Sequence record: PP712906.1
DNA: 64,000 nucleotides
Reading direction: 5' to 3' (one strand)
Below are positions 1 through 8,365 of the stretch, one piece after another. Under the pieces are notes generated by a model. That model was not told the DNA's origin. It ran no database searches and worked only from the letters and a program-made list of their open reading frames with translations. Positions within the stretch are counted from its first letter, which is position 1. Each line of letters begins with the position of its first letter. Position numbers and translations under genes: made by a program.

Positions 1-1
1 T

Positions 2-235
2 ACGCTTGTTCAGAACGAGAACGGCAATATTGCATGTCGTAACGTACAAGGTGACGTGTCAACGACTAATGGCGACATTGAATGTGACGATGTTAACGGT
101 TCAGTGTCATCAACGAACGGCGACATTGAATGTGACGATGTTAACGGTTCAGTGTCATCAACGAACGGCGACATTAAATGCTGTGATGTTGGCGGTAACG
201 TAAGCACAACCAACGGGGATATTATCCGAAAATGA
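2..235 (+). CDS. 3' end of beta-strand repeat protein (DUF4097/adhesin-like), 5' truncated
   Basis: Frame 2 is open from the window edge to TGA at 233-235. It encodes 16-aa repeats (NGDIECDDVNGSVSST). The ORF track misses it because the start lies outside the window. Confidence 0.65.
   Translation, partial: TLVQNENGNIACRNVQGDVSTTNGDIECDDVNGSVSSTNGDIECDDVNGSVSSTNGDIKCCDVGGNVSTTNGDIIRK
20..226 (+). repeat. 48-nt coding tandem repeat, about 4.3 periods
   Basis: The AAY-GGN-RAY-ATT unit starts at 20, 68, 116, 164 and 212. Confidence 0.9.
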
Positions 236-504
236 AAGATCAAACTCGAATCAAAGAAGTAATTGACGGCGCGATTGAGAAAATTGAATCACAATCGACA
301 CAAAGTTTCAGCGTGCAAGAATTTACGCCGTGTGATGTTGTCAATTACTTGCAGGAAATCGGCTACGAAGCCCATGATCTTGAGACAAACGGTTGGCAAG
401 TTGACTTCTGGCAAGATTTCAGCAAAGACGGCTGCAAGACACTTACCTTTTCAGGTAGCTGGTACTTTGGTCAAGCTACATTGAGTGAGGCATACAATGA
501 CTAA
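232..504 (+). CDS. hypothetical protein
   Basis: ORF with ATGA overlap to the upstream gene. Confidence 0.7.
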   Translation: MKDQTRIKEVIDGAIEKIESQSTQSFSVQEFTPCDVVNYLQEIGYEAHDLETNGWQVDFWQDFSKDGCKTLTFSGSWYFGQATLSEAYND

Positions 505-799
505 GCAAACAGATTTCTTTGATCGTGAAATCAAAGATGGTGACTTTGTTCTGCGTGCTAAGAACTCAGGTCGTACATACACCATGAGCGTGCTTCATGT
601 TGTTGACTTGCCGGACGGTAAGCGCAAGTATCTTGAACTGAGTCGTTGGGGTGGTAGCGGTATCAGTCGAAATGCCAAATTGCCTTGCGGTAGTTCATCT
701 ACTATCGTTGAAGCGTCACTTGTTGAAAGCAAATACCCTGAAGCGTATCGCGCTGCATTACAAGAAGCTGAACTTCTTCGCATGCCAATCCCGCAATAA
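497..799 (+). CDS. hypothetical protein
   Basis: ORF overlapping the upstream stop. ATG at 497 follows GAGG. Confidence 0.7.
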   Translation: MTKQTDFFDREIKDGDFVLRAKNSGRTYTMSVLHVVDLPDGKRKYLELSRWGGSGISRNAKLPCGSSSTIVEASLVESKYPEAYRAALQEAELLRMPIPQ

Positions 800-802
800 T
801 GC

Positions 803-830
803 TTGACACGTGTTGTCAGTCGTGTATAAT
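803..830 (+). promoter_or_regulatory. sigma70-like early promoter for the rII region
   Basis: TTGACA (803) - 16 bp - TATAAT (825). Confidence 0.7.
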
Positions 831-854
831 TCTCTGTAAACATAGGAGAGCAAT

Positions 855-992
855 ATGATTGACAACATGATAAAAGACATGATCGAGTCAGAAATTGATG
901 TTAATGACATCGTTGATTGTCTAGTTAACCAGTACAACGTATCTCACGATGAAGCACTTGAAGCGATTCACGAGGTACTTAACGAAATGTGA
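855..992 (+). CDS. small acidic hypothetical protein (45 aa)
   Basis: AGGAGAG RBS and ATG 855 to TGA 992, read by hand. Confidence 0.6.
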   Translation: MIDNMIKDMIESEIDVNDIVDCLVNQYNVSHDEALEAIHEVLNEM

Positions 993-999
993 GAAATAT

Positions 1000-3069
1000 A
1001 TGATTATCCATACCCCTGATAGCACAGTACAAACATCTGGCAAGATGCGCACTGCTGGATTTAATATGAAAGCAAGCGCAAAAGGCTTTCGTATTATCTC
1101 GACTACACTATACAAAGACCCAATTCTAGCTATTGTACGCGAATTGACGTGTAATGGTTGGGATGCGCATCAAATGAACAAAAATCTCGATACTCCGATT
1201 CAAGTACACTTACCGAATCAGTTCGAGCCGTGGTTTAGTGTGAAAGACTTCGGTTGTGGTATGAGCGACGACGAGATCTTTGGCGTGTACACGACTGTGT
1301 TTGATTCAACGAAAGATGACTCAAACGACGTGATTGGTGCAATGGGTCTAGGTTCAAAAACGCCATTTAGCTACAACAACGGTCAATCGTTCACTGTTAA
1401 GTCAACGAAGAATGGTCTGAAAGCGGTTTACTCGGCGTATCTAGACAAAGGTGAACCTGCAATCACATGTATGTCAGAGCCTGCGCCGACTGATGAACCA
1501 GACGGTGTTGAAGTCATCGTGCCAGTACGTAAAGAAGACTTCAATCGCTTTAAAGAAGCTGCAAATCAAGTAATGCCGTACTTTAAAGCACCTGCTGTTG
1601 AGACGAACATCACGCTTTCTGAGCGTAAATTCACTCACATGGACGGGTATTTCACTGAAAACAAGAAGAATTCATGGCGTTCTGGTGATGTATATGCAGT
1701 AATGGGCAACGTTTGTTATCCGTTGAGCGAAAGTCACATCAAAGACATTCAGCTTGTGCGTAATTACTTCAAGAACTCTGATCTATTCATTGAGTTTCCG
1801 ATTGGTGAGCTAGATGTAAGTGCGTCTCGTGAAGAGCTTCACTATGACGATTACACAATTGAAAACATCAACAAGCGTGTGAACTTAATCAACACGAAGT
1901 TCCTCGATGAAGCACAGAAATGGGTTGATGACCAGAAATTCTCGCACATCGGTGATGCGTACCGCGCTTGTGACAATCGCTTCAATGATGTTGTAATGAA
2001 GAAGCTGACATTTAATGGCGTGTCTGTAATGACTTACTCGCAAAATATGCTGAAAGATTTTGCGATTCTAGGTAAAGTTGTTCAACTTCGCCCTGAATAC
2101 AGCAACAAAGAAGGTGTTCAGCGTCGTACTAACTTTGCTCGTCCGTATGATCTTGTGAACCCTCGCAATGAATACGCGAAAAGTCCAATTCATATTATTG
2201 TCGATGATATGAAATCAGGTGGTGTTGCTATCGCGAAAGAATACGTTCGTGAAGAAGGTCAAGTGGTGTTTTATCATCACGATGATAAGCCGTCAACGAC
2301 TGCTGCACTTGCATTCTTTAAAGAACGACTACGTGATTGCGAATACAAAGTCCTGAAGACTTCTGAACTGAAAGCTAACTACACGCCACAGAAGAAGACT
2401 GTCAAGAAAAAACCAGTCTCACCGACTATTCGCTTGTATGAAATGCGAATCAACGAAGACGGTGTTCGTACAGTTCAAGCGTCTGACGTGAAGCGCGAAG
2501 TGCTGAAGAACGACGAACTGTATTACGTGAGTTTGTTCCGCGATTACATTGAGAAAACGCCAGAGTGTGGTCATGGTCTAGATTACCATCGTTCTCTTGG
2601 AATGATCGAAGAGATTATGCGTATCAAAGGTCTTGATGTTGTGTACATTGCACGACGTCCAGAGTACGTACACATCAAAGACAATAAAAACGCTGTGAAT
2701 ATCTTCGATATTAAGTTTAACAAGCGTGAGTTGCGTAGTAAAATTGACTGGAAATCATACACAGTTGATAACAATCTGTACGGCTATCGCAGTTCGCTAG
2801 AGAACACATGGGCTAACACTGCTGTTCGTGACCATTTCGGTTACTCGCAGTCTCGTAATACGTGCTGCCAGACGATTGATCGTCTATGTGATAACTTCCC
2901 TGCTGTTCGTGAAATTCGCAAAGCAGAGCAAGAAAAGCACTTGGAAAAGTTACAAACTATCCAAACTGCTCCGAAATACAAGTTGCTGTTTGATTTGGTA
3001 AGTTCAAACACCAACACTGAATCAACGCAAAAACTAATTAAACTCTTGAGAGGAAAACGCAATGGTTAA
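1000..3069 (+). CDS. rIIA: RIIA lysis-inhibition/membrane integrity protein (N-terminal GHKL ATPase fold)
   Basis: Motifs AIVRELTCNGWDAH, VKDFGCGMS and GAMGLGSKTPFSY; about 690 aa; directly followed by rIIB. Confidence 0.9.
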   Translation: MIIHTPDSTVQTSGKMRTAGFNMKASAKGFRIISTTLYKDPILAIVRELTCNGWDAHQMNKNLDTPIQVHLPNQFEPWFSVKDFGCGMSDDEIFGVYTTVFDSTKDDSNDVIGAMGLGSKTPFSYNNGQSFTVKSTKNGLKAVYSAYLDKGEPAITCMSEPAPTDEPDGVEVIVPVRKEDFNRFKEAANQVMPYFKAPAVETNITLSERKFTHMDGYFTENKKNSWRSGDVYAVMGNVCYPLSESHIKDIQLVRNYFKNSDLFIEFPIGELDVSASREELHYDDYTIENINKRVNLINTKFLDEAQKWVDDQKFSHIGDAYRACDNRFNDVVMKKLTFNGVSVMTYSQNMLKDFAILGKVVQLRPEYSNKEGVQRRTNFARPYDLVNPRNEYAKSPIHIIVDDMKSGGVAIAKEYVREEGQVVFYHHDDKPSTTAALAFFKERLRDCEYKVLKTSELKANYTPQKKTVKKKPVSPTIRLYEMRINEDGVRTVQASDVKREVLKNDELYYVSLFRDYIEKTPECGHGLDYHRSLGMIEEIMRIKGLDVVYIARRPEYVHIKDNKNAVNIFDIKFNKRELRSKIDWKSYTVDNNLYGYRSSLENTWANTAVRDHFGYSQSRNTCCQTIDRLCDNFPAVREIRKAEQEKHLEKLQTIQTAPKYKLLFDLVSSNTNTESTQKLIKLLRGKRNG

Positions 3070-4099
3070 TTTGCCACTCGAAACAAAACAGTCAATCGTT
3101 AAAGCATCTGCAAACGGCATGACACAGAAAGACAACGCGGCGAAGCATGGGACTTCGCCAACCACCCTGCGCCGTGTGCTTGCTGAACACCGTGAAGGCA
3201 AATTCAGCTTAAACACTGCCAAGCAAGTAGTTAAGCGCCCAGCTAAAGTGAAATCACTTTCGACCGACTTCAAAGCGAATCTAGACGAGTTGCTAGACGC
3301 TACTGGCACTAAAGAAGAGCCAAAGACGAAAGCGCCTGAGTCTGAAAAGACTCTTGACCAGAAGCTAGACGAAGCGATTGAAGACTTCGCTTACGTGATT
3401 ACGCCAGTTAACGTGTCATTCACGTTCAAAGGTCAGGCATTTTCTGCTGACATCACAGCTCCGAACTACAGCAAAATCGTTGCTGCATTGCTAGACAACG
3501 ACGGCGAGCTTGCAGTTTCATTGCTTGATGTTGCGAAAGGCATCGAAGAATTCATGCTTGGCAATGTAGTTGTTAAGGGTGGCGTGGTTAAGTACAAAGA
3601 TCTTGACATCGACGGTGGTATGACTGGTCGTATTCTTGAAGCAATGGAAGCTGGTGACAAGTCTCAAGTGACTAAGCTTGTTAAGTTCTTCGAAAATCTC
3701 ATTGAGAACCCATCACGTCGCGCTGTTGAAGAGCTTTACGGCTTCTTGGAAGCTGCTGACATCGAACTTACCGATGACGGTCACTTCCTAGCGTACAAAA
3801 AGATTCGCGACAACTACAAAGACATTCACAGTAACACTATGTGCAACAAGCCAGGCACTCGTGTGTGGATGCTACGTCACCAAGTGAACGACGACAAAGA
3901 TCAAACGTGTTCTGCTGGTCTTCATGTATGTTCGAAAGGCTACTTGCCACACTTTGGCAGTTCAGCGGGTACTCGCATCGTGCTTTGTAAAGTGAACCCA
4001 CGTGATGTTGTGTCTGTACCTACTGACTACAACAATACAAAATTAAGATGTAGCGAGTATCTAGTCTTGAAAGAACTAGACAAAAATACTTTGAAATAA
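3062..4099 (+). CDS. rIIB: RIIB protein
   Basis: N-terminal HTH, plus FFENLIENPS..VEELYGFL, DGHFLAYK, CSAGLHVCS and VNPRDVVSVPTDYNNTKLRC. Confidence 0.92.
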   Translation: MVNLPLETKQSIVKASANGMTQKDNAAKHGTSPTTLRRVLAEHREGKFSLNTAKQVVKRPAKVKSLSTDFKANLDELLDATGTKEEPKTKAPESEKTLDQKLDEAIEDFAYVITPVNVSFTFKGQAFSADITAPNYSKIVAALLDNDGELAVSLLDVAKGIEEFMLGNVVVKGGVVKYKDLDIDGGMTGRILEAMEAGDKSQVTKLVKFFENLIENPSRRAVEELYGFLEAADIELTDDGHFLAYKKIRDNYKDIHSNTMCNKPGTRVWMLRHQVNDDKDQTCSAGLHVCSKGYLPHFGSSAGTRIVLCKVNPRDVVSVPTDYNNTKLRCSEYLVLKELDKNTLK

Positions 4100-4106
4100 T
4101 GTAAAA

Positions 4107-4179
4107 AAAGGGTTGACTTCGGTCAGCCCTTTCTTGTATTATTCTCATATCGAAACGAAACACCGAAAGAGAGAATAAT
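4107..4179 (+). promoter_or_regulatory. terminator/early-promoter cassette copy 1
   Basis: GGGTTGAC-TTCG-GTCAGCCC-TTTCTT hairpin carrying TTGACT, then TATTAT at 4137, ATCGAAACGA leader and GAGAGA RBS. Confidence 0.85.
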
Positions 4180-4494
4180 ATGAAATCTGACCTACGCACT
4201 ATCCAAACTCTAGTAGAACAAAAAGATGTAGCAATCGTTGTTAAAGAACAGTATCGAAATGCACTTGCATTCGCATACGGCTGCATGACTGGCGTTCAGC
4301 GTCAAGTATACCGAGACTACCACATGAGCGTGCTGGTTGAGAGATTTGACCTTGAATTCTGTGAAGCAAACGAAGTTATCTTACCTTACGGTGAGTTGAA
4401 GTCTGCAATCAAATTCATCAAAGATAGCTTGAGCGCGTCTGACTATGACGAACTGAAAGCACTATTTCAATTCAACATTAAACTGCCAGAGTAA
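4180..4494 (+). CDS. hypothetical early protein
   Basis: ORF directly behind the promoter cassette. Confidence 0.75.
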   Translation: MKSDLRTIQTLVEQKDVAIVVKEQYRNALAFAYGCMTGVQRQVYRDYHMSVLVERFDLEFCEANEVILPYGELKSAIKFIKDSLSASDYDELKALFQFNIKLPE

Positions 4495-4499
4495 GAAGC

Positions 4500-5186
4500 A
4501 TGAAACGATTTAAGAAACACATTAAAAAGTATGACGAGCATGGCGTAGTTCAGTATAATATGCTGATGATATTCGCTTTGATAGTCACAATATCAATGTC
4601 AATCGCACTTGTTGCGTCAAATATTTTGTTTGCATTTGAGCTTTCAGCTAGTAACGCTAACATCAAAACACCTGGTGATGCATTCTGGACGGTTTGGATG
4701 GCTATGAGCACAATTGGATTTGGTGATCATTATCCCGTAACGACTGGTGGTAGATTTGTTATTGGTTCTATGTTTGTCGTTGGTGCGTCGCTGATTGGTC
4801 TTAACATCGGTATCGCGAATGCGTGGATTACATCTAAGTTCGACAAAAGCATACAGAATCGCGTGTTGAAGAGTCAAAACGATGCTCTATTGCAGAAATT
4901 AGATCGTCTTGAGACACATCTAGGCATCGATCAAGAGGTGTTGTTTTCGAAAGATGCTCATGGTATAGATACAATGATTGACCAGTATTTTGACAGCAAC
5001 GACAAAGCAGAGAGATTTGTTACACTCGGTCAAGATGATAGCGGTCGATATGTCGTGGCAATAAATCAGCAAATCATCGAAACACAAAAGACATCATTGA
5101 AATGGCACACGTTCATTAAAGAAGATGATGCGACGAAATTCTACAAAGACACAAGTGAACTATTCCACACGGAGCTATTCATATGA
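4500..5186 (+). CDS. 2-TM potassium channel (KcsA/Ion_trans_2-like)
   Basis: TM - pore helix FWTVWMAMS - filter TIGFGD - YPVTTGGR - TM, then a coiled-coil C-terminus. Confidence 0.88.
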   Translation: MKRFKKHIKKYDEHGVVQYNMLMIFALIVTISMSIALVASNILFAFELSASNANIKTPGDAFWTVWMAMSTIGFGDHYPVTTGGRFVIGSMFVVGASLIGLNIGIANAWITSKFDKSIQNRVLKSQNDALLQKLDRLETHLGIDQEVLFSKDAHGIDTMIDQYFDSNDKAERFVTLGQDDSGRYVVAINQQIIETQKTSLKWHTFIKEDDATKFYKDTSELFHTELFI

Positions 5187-5680
5187 TTCGTAATATCTTA
5201 TTTGCTGCTCTTGCAGCTATGACACTCGCAGCATGTGATAACAATTCTGCGACATTAGACACAAATGCTTACTATGCTGAACAAGAACAGCTATTAGTTG
5301 AAGCACCGACGACTGAAATGTTTGATACACAGCCACCAGTTGTTCAACCTGTACAACAACCTGTACAACAACCGGTGATTATTCAGCAAGACGACGGGTT
5401 TGATCTAGGTGACGCAGCGATTGGTTTTGTTGCTGCTGAATTGATAGATGAAGTTGGTGATGCTTTCGAATCGAAGCATAAGAAGACTTACGTCGCGCCA
5501 GTGAAACAGCCTGTAATTAAGAAAGTTACACCGTATCAAGCGCCTAAAAAGCCTGTAGTAGTTAAGCCAACTGTAGTCAAACCGAGCATAGTTGAGACGA
5601 AACCTGAGAAAAAAGAGGGTTTTTTCAAGAAAGCAGTCAAAAAGGTTAAAAAAGTTAAGCGTAGTAAACGCGGAAAATAA
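5183..5680 (+). CDS. lipoprotein, Pro/Val/Gln-rich and Lys-rich
   Basis: Lipobox TLAAC after a hydrophobic signal; PVVQPVQQPVQQPV repeats; KKVKKVK tail. Confidence 0.75.
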   Translation: MIRNILFAALAAMTLAACDNNSATLDTNAYYAEQEQLLVEAPTTEMFDTQPPVVQPVQQPVQQPVIIQQDDGFDLGDAAIGFVAAELIDEVGDAFESKHKKTYVAPVKQPVIKKVTPYQAPKKPVVVKPTVVKPSIVETKPEKKEGFFKKAVKKVKKVKRSKRGK

Positions 5681-5706
5681 AAAAGGGAGCGATTGCTCCC
5701 TTTTTT
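5681..5706. terminator. bidirectional intrinsic terminator
   Basis: AAAA-GGGAGC-GATT-GCTCCC-TTTTTT between convergent genes. Confidence 0.88.
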
Positions 5707-5707
5707 G

Positions 5708-6250
5708 CTATTTGTTTTTCGATAAAACATCGAGAATTCTAGCTAATTCAGATTCGATGTGCTCAAGCTCCATTAGATATTCATCTGATTGCTTGATGTC
5801 ACTACGTAGAAGACCTTTTGAAGTCGCAATATCAACGTCGCTATCTAGACTACTACGCAATTTACGTACCAAGAACAACGCACGATTCAAATCACGAGTG
5901 AATACGTTCACTGTCTTGTCGGTGATCTTGTCTTCTGGCATACTCTGATATTTGTTCAGTTTTCTCATGGTTTTCTTCAATTCTTTGAAGTCTTTACGCG
6001 CTTGACCGCCAGCGAATAACACGCCACCAATCAAACCATTAAGTCCCATTGAGATACCAGCCCATGCCGCTAATGGCAATGCGATAGAAAGCCCTGCTGT
6101 ACCCGGTGCTGCTGCAATTGAAGCACTTGCCATACCTACAAAGCCACCCACTGCTGCGCCGATTGCAGCACTATTCTTAGCCCATTGACCGATAGTTGCT
6201 TCTTTCAACTCATCTGAATTCTTGAATTCATCAAATGTCTTTAGTTCCAT
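5708..6250 (-). CDS. candidate capsid-internal protein with Gly/Ala-rich membrane segment
   Basis: AAGGTG RBS and ATG at 6250. N-terminus MELKTFDEF..LKE resembles the T4 capsid-targeting sequence. Carries a GxxxG-rich hydrophobic hairpin. Confidence 0.6.
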   Translation of the reverse strand: MELKTFDEFKNSDELKEATIGQWAKNSAAIGAAVGGFVGMASASIAAAPGTAGLSIALPLAAWAGISMGLNGLIGGVLFAGGQARKDFKELKKTMRKLNKYQSMPEDKITDKTVNVFTRDLNRALFLVRKLRSSLDSDVDIATSKGLLRSDIKQSDEYLMELEHIESELARILDVLSKNK

Positions 6251-6270
6251 TCTGTTCACCTTGATTCATG

Positions 6271-6357
6271 CTCATAAAAAACGAGGGAGCGACTATAAGT
6301 GGAACCAATACTCGCAGTGACCAATGCGATACATAGTCACTACCCTCGAAACTGAGA
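6271..6357 (-). ncRNA. candidate structured RNA or leader
   Basis: CGAGGG-U-AGUGACUAU pairs with AUAGUCGCU-CCCUCG. Inner UCGCA/UGCGA hairpin. Followed by U6. Confidence 0.4.
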
Positions 6358-6511
6358 AAAATGTTTATATGTTATATTTAGTGTTAGCTAGACACTCGTA
6401 TAGCAATTATCTCTAAGAAAAGTAGAAAAAAATGTTGACTAAAGTGTAAAATATCCTTATCATAGTGTATATTCTAATGAAACGTACAAAAATACAACAA
6501 AAGAGGTTAAC

Positions 6512-6979
6512 ATGACTCCAAAATCAATCATTCGTGCAGCAAATACTCGCGTGTCCGAGCTTCAAATCTTCAGTGGCGAGAACAGTACAGTCGTAGTTGG
6601 TGCACCAGGTAGTGGTAAAAACGCTATGCTGATGGGAATGCTCATGCAACGTGGTGTTGCTGACTGTACAATGATCGTTACAGAAATGCGTGCTGGTGAC
6701 ATGGCAGAGAAGCTAGGCACAGGTGCTCTTGTGGTCAATGGCGGTCTTGACCTCGAATCTCTTGTTGGTGCAGTTGCATTTGCGTGTACACAACCACGTT
6801 CTGACATCTTTATCGAACAAGTGTCACCGATTCTCGGTCACAATATTGTTGAGATTCTAGAGTCAATCGCTAAGCCATTCAACAAGCGTATCTACGTCGG
6901 TATGCAAGCTGTACGCAGTCATAGCGGTCTAGGTGATAACTATCAAACACAAATGATGAATACATTGAAACTGGGGTGA
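6512..6979 (+). CDS. small P-loop NTPase-like protein
   Basis: Walker A GAPGSGKN near the N-terminus. Confidence 0.6.
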   Translation: MTPKSIIRAANTRVSELQIFSGENSTVVVGAPGSGKNAMLMGMLMQRGVADCTMIVTEMRAGDMAEKLGTGALVVNGGLDLESLVGAVAFACTQPRSDIFIEQVSPILGHNIVEILESIAKPFNKRIYVGMQAVRSHSGLGDNYQTQMMNTLKLG

Positions 6980-6981
6980 TT

Positions 6982-8022
6982 ATGAACGTACTATTCACGA
7001 GTCTATTCGGCTCGAAACTATATGGCACAGACACGCCAGAGTCAGACACTGACTATAAAGCAGTCTATCTACCTGAGTTGCGAACTCTACTTCGTGGTGT
7101 TGCAATAAAAAACTCAGTGCATTCCACTGGCAAATCGTTCGAGAAGAACGGCGCAGACGATGAAGACTTCGAATACATCCCTGTTCAAGTGTTCATGCGT
7201 GACTTTCTCGGGGGTCAGTCATATGCAATCGAGTTAGCATTCAATGCACTACAGAACCCTGATGACTGTAAGCCAGAGTTCTACAACATGTGTAAAGAAA
7301 TGACTCGCAAGTACTTGACATCAAACGTCAAAGCAATGACTGGCTATGCGCTTAACCAAGCACAGAAGTACGGCATCAAAGGTACTCGACTGAACAGCCT
7401 TATGCAATTTGCACGTGCTGTAGAGACGCACAACGTCGATCCTAAAGCGAAGTTAGGTTCAAGCCCTGAGTTGTGTAAGCAACTATGGGAACTGTGTGCA
7501 GAAGACGCTCACGTGCGTTTTCAGTGGTATCATGGGCCCAAGACTAAAGACGCAAGCGACTTGAAAGACCCTGCGTTCAGTGTGCTTGAGAAAGTATTCG
7601 GTCTTGAGATCACGTTTGAAGAAGCTGCCGGTCGTCTTGAGAAGATGATGAGCAAATACGGCGCTCGTGCATACCAAGCGCGTGCTGCAAGCGGCTCAGA
7701 CTGGAAAGCAATCTCTCATGCTATGCGCGTGATCGATCAAGCAATCGACATACTGACAGTTGGTAAGCTTGAGTTTCCGTTGAAGCACGCTGCGTTCTAT
7801 CGTGACGTGAAACAAGGTAAATACAAGTGGGAATACGTGTCTGAAGTGCTGCAAGAGCGCCTTGAATTGCTCGAAAAAGCAAAAGATACAACGTCACTTC
7901 CACATCACACGCCTGATTTGGTTGCGAGATTTTACATCTGGTACGATGATTACCTTGATGAGTTTTATTTCCCTTGTGAAATGACTGATGAAGAAGTCAA
8001 ACAAATGCTAGGCGCGTACTAG
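6982..8022 (+). CDS. Pol-beta superfamily nucleotidyltransferase (T4 NrdC.11-like)
   Basis: FGSKLYGTDTPESDTDYKAVY (GS..DxD) and DWKAISHAMRV. Confidence 0.8.
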   Translation: MNVLFTSLFGSKLYGTDTPESDTDYKAVYLPELRTLLRGVAIKNSVHSTGKSFEKNGADDEDFEYIPVQVFMRDFLGGQSYAIELAFNALQNPDDCKPEFYNMCKEMTRKYLTSNVKAMTGYALNQAQKYGIKGTRLNSLMQFARAVETHNVDPKAKLGSSPELCKQLWELCAEDAHVRFQWYHGPKTKDASDLKDPAFSVLEKVFGLEITFEEAAGRLEKMMSKYGARAYQARAASGSDWKAISHAMRVIDQAIDILTVGKLEFPLKHAAFYRDVKQGKYKWEYVSEVLQERLELLEKAKDTTSLPHHTPDLVARFYIWYDDYLDEFYFPCEMTDEEVKQMLGAY

Positions 8023-8023
8023 T

Positions 8024-8031
8024 TATAAATA
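8024..8031 (+). promoter_or_regulatory. T4-type late promoter
   Basis: Exact TATAAATA, 25 nt upstream of the ATG at 8057. Confidence 0.8.
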
Positions 8032-8056
8032 CGTTAAACAAACAAAGAGGTTTAAC

Positions 8057-8308
8057 ATGCAAGGTTTTAACGATTATTTCAAGAAAGGTGAAGTCAAGCT
8101 GCAAGAAACTGAACAAGAGTTTCACGAGCGCGTTGTCAAGCATCGTAAAGTAGATGACAAACGTTATCCAGACTTATCTAAGGCTGGGCTAGAGGGTCCA
8201 TATACTGATCTTAATGGTAAAGTGTATTACTATGACCCACGTGAAGGCATGTACTACGATCCAGACACTGACATTTACATCACTGCAAAAGATTTACGTT
8301 TACCGTAA
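8057..8308 (+). CDS. small late protein
   Basis: Own late promoter, GAGG RBS and terminator; Tyr-rich YYYDPREGMYYDP. Confidence 0.8.
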   Translation: MQGFNDYFKKGEVKLQETEQEFHERVVKHRKVDDKRYPDLSKAGLEGPYTDLNGKVYYYDPREGMYYDPDTDIYITAKDLRLP

Positions 8309-8320
8309 CACAACGAACAC

Positions 8321-8344
8321 AAAGCGCCTACGGGCGCTTTTTTT
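8321..8344 (+). terminator. intrinsic terminator
   Basis: AAAGCGCC-TACG-GGCGCTTT-TTTT. Confidence 0.9.
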
Positions 8345-8365
8345 ATGCACGGAAGGTTATTAACA

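Noticed and set aside
798-830. T4 MotA-box middle promoter (AATGCTT)
   Set aside because: TGCTT is 20 nt from TATAAT, too far for a MotA box. It reads better as a sigma70 promoter.
6271-6357. tRNA or preQ1 riboswitch
   Set aside because: No cloverleaf, T-loop GTTCRA or CCA end, and no match to the preQ1-I layout that I can see. Kept only as a generic structured RNA. No tRNA was recognised anywhere in the window.
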